From the NCBI GenBank assembly GCA_017450905.1, contig JAFSST010000050.1:1-55314 (forward strand): DNA of 55,314 nt. Reading direction: 5' to 3'. This DNA is from Alphaproteobacteria bacterium. Lineage in GTDB: Bacteria; Pseudomonadota; Alphaproteobacteria; Rs-D84. Below, piece by piece: positions 18,136 through 27,713 of the stretch. The stretch's first letter is position 1, and the number at the start of each line of letters is the position of its first letter. Both the position numbers and the translations under genes were made by a program. The notes below the pieces were generated by a model. The model was not told the origin of the DNA. It worked only from the letters and a program-made list of their open reading frames with translations, and searched no databases.

Positions 18136-19194
18136 ATGATAAAAAACAAAATTCTTACCAGGTTTTTATTACGCCGTTTTTTCAGCGGCGTTGGATTGGT
18201 TTTGTTAGTTATTTGCGGGATAATTATGTCGGTTACTTTTGTTGAGCGATTGCCGTCAAACCCAACATTGTTTGATGCGGTTCGTGAATCATGGGTTCGG
18301 TTGATTGAATACGTTCCACTGTTTTTGCCATTGGCGGTATTTATGGGAACGTTGGTTACTTCATACAACCTTACCCGTTCCAGTGAAAGTGTTATAATTT
18401 CTGGTGCTGGATTGTCCCCATACCAAATGGCACGCCCGTTTTTGTTTGGGGCGTTCATTATCGGTGCATTCGCAACAACGGTTATAAACCCATACGCGGT
18501 GAAACTGGGGGCCGAAGATATGACAACAAATCATTTGAAGTTAGTTGATGACAAGGTATGGATTCGCGAAAAATCTGACGATGGATACATCACTGTTTCC
18601 GCGGAAACGGTTAAAAAGTCCGGGAAAAACCTGGTGTTTCAAAACACAAACATATTTGTTCAAAATACCGATTTTATATTGATAAATCGAATTCATGCGG
18701 ACACGGTTACACTTTCATCGCATGGACTTGAAACGAGCAACGCACAAATATCCACCCCAAACGGCCAGATTCATAATGCACCATGGTCAAAAACAACACT
18801 TATCACACCAAAAACAGTTTTAGACCGTTATTTACAACCAAACCAAATATCATTTTGGGAATTGCCGGGCTTTATCAAGAAAATGTCAAAAATTGGTGTG
18901 CCTATGCGTGAACATTTTGTTCAATTTTGGACACTGTTGTTTTTACCGTTGACAATGATTGCCATGGCCGTGTTGGGTGTCGCCTTTTCCCAAACGAAAC
19001 AACGCAGAAATCACAGTTTCGGATTAAAATTCAGTCTTGGGATTTTAACGTGTTTTGTTTTGTATTTTCTGTTAAACATTTTCAGTGCAATGGGGGCAAA
19101 TGGGACATTGCCAACATTGCTGGCGATAATTGCCCCACCGCTGATTATTATTGCGGCATCTGGCGTATTTATTGCAAGTTTTGACACTATATAA
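18136..19194 (+). CDS. LPS export ABC transporter permease, LptF/LptG (YjgP/YjgQ) family
   Basis: The N-terminus ILTRFLLRRFFSG... is typical of the family. It has 3+3 TM helices flanking a periplasmic beta-jellyroll region. The track ORF begins at 18106. Confidence 0.75.
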   Translation: MIKNKILTRFLLRRFFSGVGLVLLVICGIIMSVTFVERLPSNPTLFDAVRESWVRLIEYVPLFLPLAVFMGTLVTSYNLTRSSESVIISGAGLSPYQMARPFLFGAFIIGAFATTVINPYAVKLGAEDMTTNHLKLVDDKVWIREKSDDGYITVSAETVKKSGKNLVFQNTNIFVQNTDFILINRIHADTVTLSSHGLETSNAQISTPNGQIHNAPWSKTTLITPKTVLDRYLQPNQISFWELPGFIKKMSKIGVPMREHFVQFWTLLFLPLTMIAMAVLGVAFSQTKQRRNHSFGLKFSLGILTCFVLYFLLNIFSAMGANGTLPTLLAIIAPPLIIIAASGVFIASFDTI

Positions 19195-19209
19195 ACCAAG
19201 GGGGAAAAT

Positions 19210-19341
19210 ATGCCACCAAGAAGAAGAAATTCTAAACTAAAAAAGGTTTTATTGTGGGCTGTTGCGGTTGTAATTGTAATTTTAATGATTATATATTTCG
19301 AGCCAGCACAAAATGTAACTGAAATAGTATTATATCCATAA
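19210..19341 (+). CDS. small membrane protein (43 aa), hypothetical
   Basis: Not in the ORF track because it is under 60 aa. AAGGGGGAAAATATG gives a strong Shine-Dalgarno. MPPRRRNSKLKKVLLWAVAVVIVILMIIYF... has a basic N-terminus plus one TM helix. Its TAA stop overlaps the xerD ATG (TAATG). Confidence 0.4.
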   Translation: MPPRRRNSKLKKVLLWAVAVVIVILMIIYFEPAQNVTEIVLYP

Positions 19342-20207
19342 TGAATTACATTGATGTTTTTTTAGAAGCCATATCCGCAGAAAAAGGTCGCAGCAAAAAC
19401 ACCCAGACCAGTTACGCAAACGATTTGCGGTTGGCGGATGCAAGCATTGCACACGGACTGATGGGTGCCAGTGCCGAAGACATTCAAAAATATCTGGATG
19501 GATTAAATGAAAAACCTGCATCCATCGCCCGCAAGGCCAGTGCTTTGCGTGGTTTTTATAAATTTTTAATGTTGGAAAAAATAATATCAGAAAACCCCGT
19601 TGGGGGGCTTGAATTACCTAAACGAACAAAATCATTACCTAAATTGTTATCACAACAGGAAATTGAATTGTTGATATCATCGGCTGGCGATATACGAACT
19701 TCGGTGCGATTGAGGGCGATGATTGAATTATTATACGCATCTGGATTACGCGTATCAGAATTATGCGAATTACCGGTAACCGCCGTATTGGGCGACAAAT
19801 TGTTAATACACGGCAAAGGTGCCAAGGAACGCATTGTCCCAATGCACGAAGCGGCACAACATTCATTGAAAAAGTGGATGGATTTAAATGACGATTCACA
19901 ATCAAAATATGTGTTTCCTTCACATGGAAAAACCGGCCACATCACGCGTGATGCTTTTTTCAAATTGTTAAAAAAATGTGCCACGTTGGCTGGTATTGAC
20001 CCGCGGCGGGTCAGTCCGCACGTTTTACGCCATTCATTTGCATCACATTTATTATCAAATGGTGCAAATCTGCGTGCAATACAAACGATGCTGGGACACG
20101 AAGATATTTCCACGACCCAAATATACACGCACGTTCTGCCTGAAAAATTACAACAAGTTGTTACCGAACATCACCCGTTGGCACACCAACCCAAGGAGAA
20201 TAATTAA
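19341..20207 (+). CDS. xerD: site-specific tyrosine recombinase XerD
   Basis: N-terminal SAM-like domain (EKGRSKNTQTSYANDL). Catalytic motifs GLRVSEL, GKGAKERIVP, HVLRHSFASHLL and GHEDISTTQIYTHV. The choice of XerD over XerC is from pattern recall only. Confidence 0.8.
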   Translation: MNYIDVFLEAISAEKGRSKNTQTSYANDLRLADASIAHGLMGASAEDIQKYLDGLNEKPASIARKASALRGFYKFLMLEKIISENPVGGLELPKRTKSLPKLLSQQEIELLISSAGDIRTSVRLRAMIELLYASGLRVSELCELPVTAVLGDKLLIHGKGAKERIVPMHEAAQHSLKKWMDLNDDSQSKYVFPSHGKTGHITRDAFFKLLKKCATLAGIDPRRVSPHVLRHSFASHLLSNGANLRAIQTMLGHEDISTTQIYTHVLPEKLQQVVTEHHPLAHQPKENN

Positions 20208-20701
20208 TGATAAAAAAATGTGAATATCCCGGTTGTACCAAGGCCGGCGTGTGTCGTGCACCAAAAAATCGCGAATTAAAAGAATACTGGTGTTTTTGTC
20301 AGGAACACGCCGCCGAATACAATAAAAACTGGAATTTTTATGCAAATATGACACCAGATGAAATCGAAGAAGATTGGGAACGTCAAACATTTGGCGAATC
20401 AACAAAACGCAGTAATGAAGATACCAAGGATTATATAAAATTTTTAAACGATTTTATATCTGGGCGTGATACGTTTGATAAAATGCCACCAAAAAAATCT
20501 TTGCCTTCGGAAATAATTTCCGCTTTTAAAACATTGGGGTTGCCAATAACCGCATCATGGCGTGAGATTGGTGCAAAATACCGAACACTTGCGAAAAAAT
20601 TACACCCCGACACTGCAACAGGTTCTGATTCCAGCGGTTTGGAATTTGCAAAAATATCCGCCGCCTATCAGACATTAAAACGCCATTTCGGTAAAAAATA
20701 A
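20207..20701 (+). CDS. J-domain (DnaJ-like) protein with N-terminal Cys-rich region
   Basis: C-terminal J domain SWREIGAKYRTLAKKLHPD with the HPD motif. N-terminal CEYPGC...CRAP...WCFCQEH. The start overlaps the xerD stop. Confidence 0.75.
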   Translation: MIKKCEYPGCTKAGVCRAPKNRELKEYWCFCQEHAAEYNKNWNFYANMTPDEIEEDWERQTFGESTKRSNEDTKDYIKFLNDFISGRDTFDKMPPKKSLPSEIISAFKTLGLPITASWREIGAKYRTLAKKLHPDTATGSDSSGLEFAKISAAYQTLKRHFGKK

Positions 20702-20758
20702 TTTTTATGGCAAAAGTCCTGATGTTTATGTTATGCTAACCCAAAAAGGATATAAAAT

Positions 20759-21667
20759 ATGTATGATGTGATTATATTGGGCTCGGGTCCCGCAGGATTA
20801 ACCGCCGCGTTATATTGCGGTCGTGGAAACAAGGACACATTGGTTATGGGCGGCAATACGTTGGGCGGACAAACGGCCGGTATTGCAAAATTGGAAAACT
20901 ATCCGGGCTGGGCCGGCAGTGGTTTTGAATTGATTGAATTTATGAAAAACCAGGCTGAATCATTTGGTGCAAAAATCGAAATGATTTCTGCAAAATCAAT
21001 CGCACATAATTCCGACAATACATTTGTTATCACCGACAACAATGGCAAAACATACGAAACACGCTCTGTGATTTTGGCAACCGGGGCCGCACCAAGAAAA
21101 CTGGAAATCGAAGGTGCACGTGAATTATTTGGACGCGGGGTTTCATACTGTGCAACGTGTGATGGATTTTTCTATGGCGGTAAAACCGTTTTGGTTATGG
21201 GTGGCGGAAATTCCGCATTAAACGATGCGTTGTATTTGGCCGATATTGCCAAGACCGTAAAAATCGTTTATCGTAAATCCGCATTTACCCGTGCCGAGGC
21301 GATATTACGTGAACGCGTTGCGGCCAAGGAAAACATTGAATGTTTATTCAATACAGATTTGAAAAAAATCTCGCTTAAACCTGATTCTGAAACCGGCGAA
21401 TTGATTGCAACAACATTGGACGACCAGGAAATTGTATGTGACGGTTTGTTCGTTGCAATTGGACACGAGGCAAACACCGATTATTTAAGCGAAGATATCA
21501 ATCGTGATGAATTGGGACGTTTGGCACCGAACGTTCTGCCGGCGGGAATGTTTGTGGCGGGTGATGTTCATTCCGGATTAAAAATGCAAATCGCAACGGC
21601 TGTTGGGACCGGATGCAGTGCGGCAATGGATGCGATTGCATATTTGAATACAAACACTCAACAATAG
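20759..21667 (+). CDS. trxB: thioredoxin-disulfide reductase
   Basis: FAD motif GSGPAG, redox centre CATCDG and NADPH motif GGGNSA. Confidence 0.9.
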   Translation: MYDVIILGSGPAGLTAALYCGRGNKDTLVMGGNTLGGQTAGIAKLENYPGWAGSGFELIEFMKNQAESFGAKIEMISAKSIAHNSDNTFVITDNNGKTYETRSVILATGAAPRKLEIEGARELFGRGVSYCATCDGFFYGGKTVLVMGGGNSALNDALYLADIAKTVKIVYRKSAFTRAEAILRERVAAKENIECLFNTDLKKISLKPDSETGELIATTLDDQEIVCDGLFVAIGHEANTDYLSEDINRDELGRLAPNVLPAGMFVAGDVHSGLKMQIATAVGTGCSAAMDAIAYLNTNTQQ

Positions 21668-21681
21668 AAAGGGATATAATT

Positions 21682-22962
21682 ATGTTGGATATAAAATTTA
21701 TTCGTGAAAATCCAGACATTGTAAAAAATGCCTGCAAGGTGAAAAATTTTCCTGATATAGTTGATGAACTGTTGTCTTTGGATGTTCGTGTTCGTGAATT
21801 AAAGACAATCACCCAGACAAAAACCGCGGAAAAAAATAAAATATCACGCGAAATCCCAACCGCATCCGACAAGGCACCCTTGATTGCCAAATCCAAGGCA
21901 ATTAGTGACGAGATTGCCAACGACATGGCGGAACTTGCCGACAAGGAAGCCCAGTTAAATGATTTAATGCACCGCGTTCCACAAATTCCGGACGCATCTG
22001 CACCAATCGGGCCGGATGATTCCGCAAACGTTGAAATCCGCCGTATTGGCACACCAAGGGTCTTTGATTTTACACCACGTCCACAATGGGAATTATTAGA
22101 TATGAATGGTTGGTGGTGCCCCGAAAAAATTGCAAACATTTGCGGCACACGTGTTTACGCACTGTGTGGTGAATTGGCCGAATTAGAATTGGCCGTTCAA
22201 ACATACGTTATCCAAAAATTAATCGGCAAGGGTTTCAAATATATTGAATGCCCATCGATTTCTAAACCACAAACCATATTCAATGCTGGACATTTCATGG
22301 GGTCTGATTTATCGGTGATGAATAATGATGTGTTTATGTTAACCGATACCGACAGATGTTTAACCGGCACCGCGGAAATTGTGTTAAATTCTTTGCACGC
22401 CGATGAAATTTTATCTGAAAACGATTTACCAATAAAATACGCCGGATTTTCCCCCTGTTTCCGCAAGGAAGCGGGTGCCGCCGGACGTGACACACGTGGA
22501 ATAGTTCGCGTTCATCAATTTAACAAGGTCGAACAATATGTTTTCTGTCGTCCCGAAGAATCTGATAAAATGCACGAACATTTGTTAAACAATTTGTGCG
22601 AGATTATGGAAGATTTGGAATTGCCATATCGTGTGATTGCAAATTGTACCGGCGATATGGGATTCAACAAGGTAAAAATGAACGATGTCGAGGCATGGTT
22701 CCCATCTGAAAACACATACCGCGAATTGGGTTCTTGTTCGTCCATCGGTCAATTCCAGGCACGCCGCACAAATACCCGTTATCGCGAAAATGCCAGTGGC
22801 GAAGTCAAATTTGTTGCAACATTAAATAACACTGGTATCGCCCTGCCCCGTGCATTGGTGCCAATCATTGAAAATCATCAAAACGCGGATGGTTCGGTGA
22901 ACATACCAAAGAAACTGCAACCGTTGATGGGTGGCAGAACCAAAATTGGCGGTAAACATTAA
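21682..22962 (+). CDS. serS: serine--tRNA ligase
   Basis: The ATG at 21682 gives MLDIKFIRENPD, the canonical SerS N-terminus; the track ORF from 21613 overlaps trxB. Class II motif 2 is FRKEAGAAGRDTRGIVRVHQF and motif 3 is NNTGIALPRALVPIIENHQ. Confidence 0.9.
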   Translation: MLDIKFIRENPDIVKNACKVKNFPDIVDELLSLDVRVRELKTITQTKTAEKNKISREIPTASDKAPLIAKSKAISDEIANDMAELADKEAQLNDLMHRVPQIPDASAPIGPDDSANVEIRRIGTPRVFDFTPRPQWELLDMNGWWCPEKIANICGTRVYALCGELAELELAVQTYVIQKLIGKGFKYIECPSISKPQTIFNAGHFMGSDLSVMNNDVFMLTDTDRCLTGTAEIVLNSLHADEILSENDLPIKYAGFSPCFRKEAGAAGRDTRGIVRVHQFNKVEQYVFCRPEESDKMHEHLLNNLCEIMEDLELPYRVIANCTGDMGFNKVKMNDVEAWFPSENTYRELGSCSSIGQFQARRTNTRYRENASGEVKFVATLNNTGIALPRALVPIIENHQNADGSVNIPKKLQPLMGGRTKIGGKH

Positions 22963-22964
22963 GT

Positions 22965-22992
22965 AAAAAATGTCCCAAACGGGACATTTTTT
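22965..22992. terminator. bidirectional rho-independent terminator
   Basis: AAAAAATGTCCC-AAAC-GGGACATTTTTT: a 7-bp stem flanked by A- and T-runs, between the convergent serS and 22995..23537 genes. Confidence 0.7.
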
Positions 22993-22994
22993 AT

Positions 22995-23537
22995 TTAGTG
23001 TTTCAGTACCGGTTTTTTCAATGCATTATAACATAACGAAAAATGACCAACAACCTGTTCACATACCATACCCAAGGCATCTTTTATAACTTTTGTTGCA
23101 TCTGATAAACGATTTGCGGCAATCTTGCGTTTTTCTGCAAATTCGGGTTCGTCCAAATCAATCAACATTAATGCAAAAAAAGCCGCCTGGATAAACACGT
23201 TAACCGCATCCTTAAAATCTTTACCTTCAATCCAAGGTGCAACTTGTTTAAACACTATTTCACCGACCGATGGCACTTTTTTTAATGCTTCTTCTTCTGT
23301 GATGTTTTTATCCTTGGCATATCCTGCAACGATATGTTGCCACAAATCTAAATAATCTTTAGTAATGCAATTTTCAAGACAATCACACAACGCGACATAA
23401 TTACGGGCTTTGTCTGGTATATCTTTCACAGATGCTGTCTTTAAATCCAAGTTAACCAATTGAATAATTGCATCGCAAGTATCCTTGATTTCTTTTTCGA
23501 CCCACTCTTTAAAAGACATTTCATTTTTTTCTGTCAT
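22995..23537 (-). CDS. hypothetical protein (180 aa, predicted all-helical, no signal peptide)
   Basis: Isolated monocistronic ORF with its own promoter-like element and terminator. No motif recognised. Confidence 0.55.
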   Translation of the reverse strand: MTEKNEMSFKEWVEKEIKDTCDAIIQLVNLDLKTASVKDIPDKARNYVALCDCLENCITKDYLDLWQHIVAGYAKDKNITEEEALKKVPSVGEIVFKQVAPWIEGKDFKDAVNVFIQAAFFALMLIDLDEPEFAEKRKIAANRLSDATKVIKDALGMVCEQVVGHFSLCYNALKKPVLKH

Positions 23538-23567
23538 TTATATTGCCTGTTTTGTTTTACTGTATAA

Positions 23568-23595
23568 AATATAGCCAAAAATCACAAAAAGTCAA
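23568..23595 (-). promoter_or_regulatory. sigma70-like promoter TTGACT-16 nt-TATATT for the 180-aa hypothetical gene
   Basis: Minus-strand -35 at 23595-23590 and -10 at 23573-23568, about 30 nt upstream of the ATG at 23537. Confidence 0.4.
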
Positions 23596-23675
23596 CTTTC
23601 TTTATAAAAAATACTATAACTTGTTGAAAAATCAAAAATATAGTATAATCTATGGTCAAAAAAAGGGTTTGTTAT

Positions 23676-25520
23676 ATGAAAATACGTAATATCGCAATTA
23701 TTGCACACGTTGACCACGGAAAAACCACCTTGGTTGATAATATGTTGAAACAGGCGGGGACTTTCCGCGAAAACGAACGTGTTGATGACCGCGTCATGGA
23801 CAGCGGTGATATTGAACGCGAACGCGGTATTACCATTTCCGCCAAACCGACATCCGTATTATGGAACGATTATAAAATCAACATTGTTGATACACCGGGA
23901 CACGCTGATTTCGGTGGCGAAGTAGAACGTATTTTATCCATGGTGGATGGGGTGGTCTTGTTGGTGGACAGTGCCGAAGGCCCCCTGCCCCAAACAAAGT
24001 TCGTTTTGTCCAAGGCGTTAAAACTGGGGCTGCGTCCAATTGTCTGCATCAATAAAATTGACCGCGGCGATGCACGTCCAGACGAGGTTTTGTCCGAAAC
24101 ATTTGATTTGTTCGATAAATTGGATGCAACAGATTCACAACTGGATTTTCCATATCTGTATGCGTGCGGTCGTGACGGTTGGGCAATTCGTGATTTAAAA
24201 GATATTGATAACCCGAACAAGGATTTAACCCCATTATTCCAATTGATTGTTGACCATGTTCCGGCACCTGATTGTAATGGTGAACGTTGCCAGTTAGATG
24301 CACCTTTTTCAATGTTGGCGACAACACTGGAATCAGACCCATACGTTGGTCGAATACTGACCGGAAAAATTGAATCTGGTTCTGTTCGCGTTGGTCAATC
24401 GGTCAAGGCAATAAATATGAAGGGCGAATTTGTTGAAAACGCCAAAATCACAAAAATCATTGAACACAGGGGTATTGAAAAAATTTCCCGTGATAGTGCC
24501 AGTGCCGGCGACATTGTTGTTATTGCTGGTTTTTCCAAGGCAACCGTGGCGGACACACTTTGCGACCCATCGGTTGAAACACCAATCCCGGCATTACCCA
24601 TTGACCCACCAACCCTGACGATGACATTCTTTGTTAATACATCGCCACTTGCGGGGCAAAGTGGAAAAAAACTGACATCACGTATGATTGGCGACCGTCT
24701 GTTCAAAGAGGCTGAAACCAACATCGCTCTACGCGTTACACAAAGTGAAAACAAGGAATCTTTTGAAGTTTCCGGTCGTGGTGAATTGCAATTGGGTATC
24801 TTGATTGAAACAATGCGGCGTGAAGGTTTTGAATTAAGCGTCAGCCGTCCACGCGTTGTTATGCAAACAGGTCCAAATGGCGAAACATTGGAACCAATCG
24901 AAGAAGTCGTTGTTGATGTGGACGATGAATTTAGTGGCGTTGTTATTGAAAAAATGACTAAACGCAAGGCCACAATTACAGAAATGAAGGCATCTGGGGC
25001 GGGTAAAACACGCATTGTGTTTTCGGCACCCTCACGTGGATTGATTGGTTATTTGTCTGAATTCAGAACAGACACACGCGGAACAGGCATTATGAACCGG
25101 GTATTTGCCGAATATGGCCCTTATCGTGGACCTATTATCCAATATCGTCCGGGTGTTTTGGTTTCCATGGAAAAGGGTTCAACCGCAACATATGCGTTGC
25201 ACAATTTGGAACCACGTGGCGTTTTGTTTGTCGGTCCCCAAACCGAAGTGTATTCCGGTATGATTATCGGCGAACACAGCAAAGAACACGATATAGAGGT
25301 TAACCCAATCAAGGGCAAGGAATTAACCAATGTCCGCAGTGTTACCGCTGATGAAAAATTATTTTTGGCACCACCGCGTAAAATGTCACTGGAAGAAGCG
25401 TTATCATACATCCAGGATGACGAATTGGTCGAAGTTACCCCAAGTACAATTCGTTTGCGAAAGAAAGAATTGGACAGCGGCAAGCGTAAGAAGTTAGCCC
25501 GCAGCAAGGACGAACAGTAA
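23676..25520 (+). CDS. typA: translational GTPase TypA/BipA
   Basis: The ATG at 23676 gives MKIRNIAIIAHVDHGKTTLVD; G3 motif DTPGHADFGGEVER. EF-G-like domains are present, and length and C-terminus are typical of BipA. The track ORF starts at 23652. Confidence 0.9.
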   Translation: MKIRNIAIIAHVDHGKTTLVDNMLKQAGTFRENERVDDRVMDSGDIERERGITISAKPTSVLWNDYKINIVDTPGHADFGGEVERILSMVDGVVLLVDSAEGPLPQTKFVLSKALKLGLRPIVCINKIDRGDARPDEVLSETFDLFDKLDATDSQLDFPYLYACGRDGWAIRDLKDIDNPNKDLTPLFQLIVDHVPAPDCNGERCQLDAPFSMLATTLESDPYVGRILTGKIESGSVRVGQSVKAINMKGEFVENAKITKIIEHRGIEKISRDSASAGDIVVIAGFSKATVADTLCDPSVETPIPALPIDPPTLTMTFFVNTSPLAGQSGKKLTSRMIGDRLFKEAETNIALRVTQSENKESFEVSGRGELQLGILIETMRREGFELSVSRPRVVMQTGPNGETLEPIEEVVVDVDDEFSGVVIEKMTKRKATITEMKASGAGKTRIVFSAPSRGLIGYLSEFRTDTRGTGIMNRVFAEYGPYRGPIIQYRPGVLVSMEKGSTATYALHNLEPRGVLFVGPQTEVYSGMIIGEHSKEHDIEVNPIKGKELTNVRSVTADEKLFLAPPRKMSLEEALSYIQDDELVEVTPSTIRLRKKELDSGKRKKLARSKDEQ

Positions 25521-25525
25521 ATCAC

Positions 25526-25545
25526 CCTCGGGCTTACGCCCGGGG
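25526..25545 (+). other. GC-rich stem-loop (8 bp, TTAC loop) immediately after the typA stop
   Basis: CCTCGGGC-TTAC-GCCCGGGG with one G-U pair and no T-run. It lies upstream of the canonical terminator. Confidence 0.4.
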
Positions 25546-25567
25546 TCTTACGTTTGCAGTGATAAAC

Positions 25568-25593
25568 AAACCGCCATTCGGCGGTTTTTTTTT
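25568..25593. terminator. bidirectional rho-independent terminator
   Basis: AAACCGCC-ATTC-GGCGGTTTTTTTTT, between the convergent typA and GT61-like genes. Confidence 0.7.
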
Positions 25594-25594
25594 A

Positions 25595-26797
25595 TTATCC
25601 TTCGGCATTGAGTTTTTTCTTTAACCAGTTTCTCCAACGACCCCTACGTTCACGGCCTGGAATCAAGCAAGCCGAATAATGCACAATTTTATGTTTAAGT
25701 GCATTCAACCACACACCGCTATATCTTTTATTGTATTCATCCAGTGCCGCATTGTATTCGGCCATATCCTTTTTATCAGCCTTGGCTTCCTGTTCTGTCA
25801 GTTTAAAATTATAGACATCAAAAAAAACCCGCATATATTTATTTACACCTATTATTTGTGGTACAGATGAATAGTGTTCGGTAGGTTTTTCTTCTACTGA
25901 ACCAGATACAAACACTGTATCTAATTCCTTGGTAGAATCTATTAAGTATTGGACATCTGCATTACATTTAGGCAAACGATTACGTTTAATTTGTATAACC
26001 GTACCACCCGACCTCATAAACAACGCCAGATGCAATGCGGTTCCGGCAATACCCGCTAACACCTTACAATTTCTTGCATACGATATTTGTTGCTTTAACG
26101 GCAATGTTTCAGGATAGATTATTTTAAATCCATTCTTTTCAAAAATCTTTTGAACAACCACTTCACCAAAGGTTCTGCGTGATTTTAACGCCCCTCGAGA
26201 AACATATATTTTTTCAGCAACATCTGGAATATCTTTAACCGCATCCGCCATCACATCAAATGTTTTTCCGAAATCCGTTGAAGAATATACCGGTATATTA
26301 AAACCCTGACTTGGCACAACAACTTTTTTAAACCTGGTCGTTTCATTTAATATCAAAATATCGTTTCTATTTACGCCCAATAATTCTAGCAATTCAAACA
26401 TATAATTTGGGACAGGGTTTACCCCTTTGTTATTTATCAAAACAACTTTTAGTTTTTTATATTTTTTGTTTAATAAAACATAGGCACGGTTCATGTGCTC
26501 TAATAAAAAATGTCCAAAAGCCGGATATACATTACCAATAAATATAACATCTTCATCAACATAAGGTATATCTTTATGATTGAAACGCGGAATAAACTGA
26601 CTATTATTTTTACGCACCTGGCGAGAAGATTTCACAAAACGAAAATCCTTGTCAAAAACACCAAAACCGTGTTTTTGTTCATTTACAATTATACCTTGTG
26701 GAAATTCTTGAATATTTGTTTTTATCATATATTGTCGAGACACGGACCTTTCCAAATGTTTCTTAAAATTCTTATCACCAAAGACGGTACAAGACAT
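25595..26797 (-). CDS. glycosyltransferase family 61 / DUF563 protein
   Basis: AFGHFLLEHMNRAY and KIYVSRG...RR..GE...IFEKNGFKIIYPETLPLKQQISYARNCKVLAGIAGTALHLALFM..GGTVIQI match the DUF563 pattern. The ATG at 26797 is preceded by AAGGA; the track start at 26818 is a TTG. Confidence 0.75.
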   Translation of the reverse strand: MSCTVFGDKNFKKHLERSVSRQYMIKTNIQEFPQGIIVNEQKHGFGVFDKDFRFVKSSRQVRKNNSQFIPRFNHKDIPYVDEDVIFIGNVYPAFGHFLLEHMNRAYVLLNKKYKKLKVVLINNKGVNPVPNYMFELLELLGVNRNDILILNETTRFKKVVVPSQGFNIPVYSSTDFGKTFDVMADAVKDIPDVAEKIYVSRGALKSRRTFGEVVVQKIFEKNGFKIIYPETLPLKQQISYARNCKVLAGIAGTALHLALFMRSGGTVIQIKRNRLPKCNADVQYLIDSTKELDTVFVSGSVEEKPTEHYSSVPQIIGVNKYMRVFFDVYNFKLTEQEAKADKKDMAEYNAALDEYNKRYSGVWLNALKHKIVHYSACLIPGRERRGRWRNWLKKKLNAEG

Positions 26798-26861
26798 TGA
26801 TTTTTTCCTTTGTTGCAAATTACATTTTTAATATGTATTATTATACAAAAAGATATATAAT

Positions 26862-27713
26862 ATGTCCAACGTTAAACGACTCTTTTTGTTTGCTGGTTAC
26901 TCATCTGACAACAGAATTGATAACACATTGGTTTTTTATGTTAAAAAATTGTCGCACCATGGCGATGTGATTTTATGTATGGATTCAAATTGTCCTGGGT
27001 CTGAATTGAACAAGGTTCACGATTACACTATCGCCGGTATCGGTGTTCGGCACGGCGAATATGATTTTGGGTCGTATAAACGTTGCTTTCAATACGCACG
27101 CGATAACAAGATTTTGGATAAATATGATTTTGTATACCTGGTAAATGATTCCGTATTTGGGCCGTTGTTTAACATAACAAACATTTTGAAACGATTGGAA
27201 TCTGTTTCAACCGATGCATGTGGGCTGGTTGAATCTGTTCACAAAACACATTCATTTATGGAATCATGGTTTGTTTGCGTAAACAAAAAAATAGCAACAT
27301 CTGTTTGGTTCAATGAATTTATGTCAAATATAACAATTCAAAAAAGCAAATTCGATATCACCGTTCAATACGAACATGGATTAAGCAATTTGATTAAAAA
27401 CAACAATTGTTCATGGACCGGATTATACCGTGTTCACGGTCGAACAACATACAATAAACCCAAAAAATTATTCAAAATTGGATGCCCGTTTATCAAAAAA
27501 GCCTGTTTTACACGCCACGGCGGTGCATTGGGTGGACAAATAAAATACATTTTATCGCATTCTGATAAAATTTTGGTTAATGCGATTATGCAATATGCAA
27601 ATCGCGTATACGGCACAAAATATACGTCCTGGTTATTAACAAGCAATCCGTACAAGATAATTATTCGTAAAATTAAATACGGAATACAAAAAATAATAAA
27701 TGGTGGAATATGA
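26862..27713 (+). CDS. RgpF-like (COG3754) polysaccharide biosynthesis protein
   Basis: RHGEYDFGSYKRCF, YLVNDSVFGPL, FMESWFVCV and QYEHGLSNLI correspond to the conserved blocks N.GyDFgsw, NDS.fGP, hlQSyF and yE.gls. Confidence 0.6.
   Translation: MSNVKRLFLFAGYSSDNRIDNTLVFYVKKLSHHGDVILCMDSNCPGSELNKVHDYTIAGIGVRHGEYDFGSYKRCFQYARDNKILDKYDFVYLVNDSVFGPLFNITNILKRLESVSTDACGLVESVHKTHSFMESWFVCVNKKIATSVWFNEFMSNITIQKSKFDITVQYEHGLSNLIKNNNCSWTGLYRVHGRTTYNKPKKLFKIGCPFIKKACFTRHGGALGGQIKYILSHSDKILVNAIMQYANRVYGTKYTSWLLTSNPYKIIIRKIKYGIQKIINGGI

Noticed and set aside
19341-20207. Tyrosine recombinase as a marker of an integrated mobile element; dif site nearby
   Set aside because: The sequence pattern and context (lptG-like upstream, housekeeping genes around, no att-like repeats, no phage or IS genes) fit chromosomal XerD. 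I found no dif-like 28-mer (XerC arm-6 nt-XerD arm) in the flanking intergenic regions.
21668-21681. T-box or other leader upstream of serS
   Set aside because: Only 14 nt separate trxB and serS, so there is no room for a leader RNA. serS is most simply co-transcribed with trxB.
21498-22148. 216-aa minus-strand ORF spanning the trxB/serS junction
   Set aside because: It is antisense to two strongly supported genes with canonical motifs. It has no Shine-Dalgarno sequence and its product is Ser/Ile-rich nonsense.
24395-25015. 206-aa minus-strand ORF inside typA; similar cases at 19556..20128 in xerD, 36749..37267 in ruvC, 14810..15340 in secD, and 9533..10361 in ftsK
   Set aside because: All are antisense shadow ORFs within genes that carry diagnostic motifs. 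None has independent start or stop context or recognisable domains.
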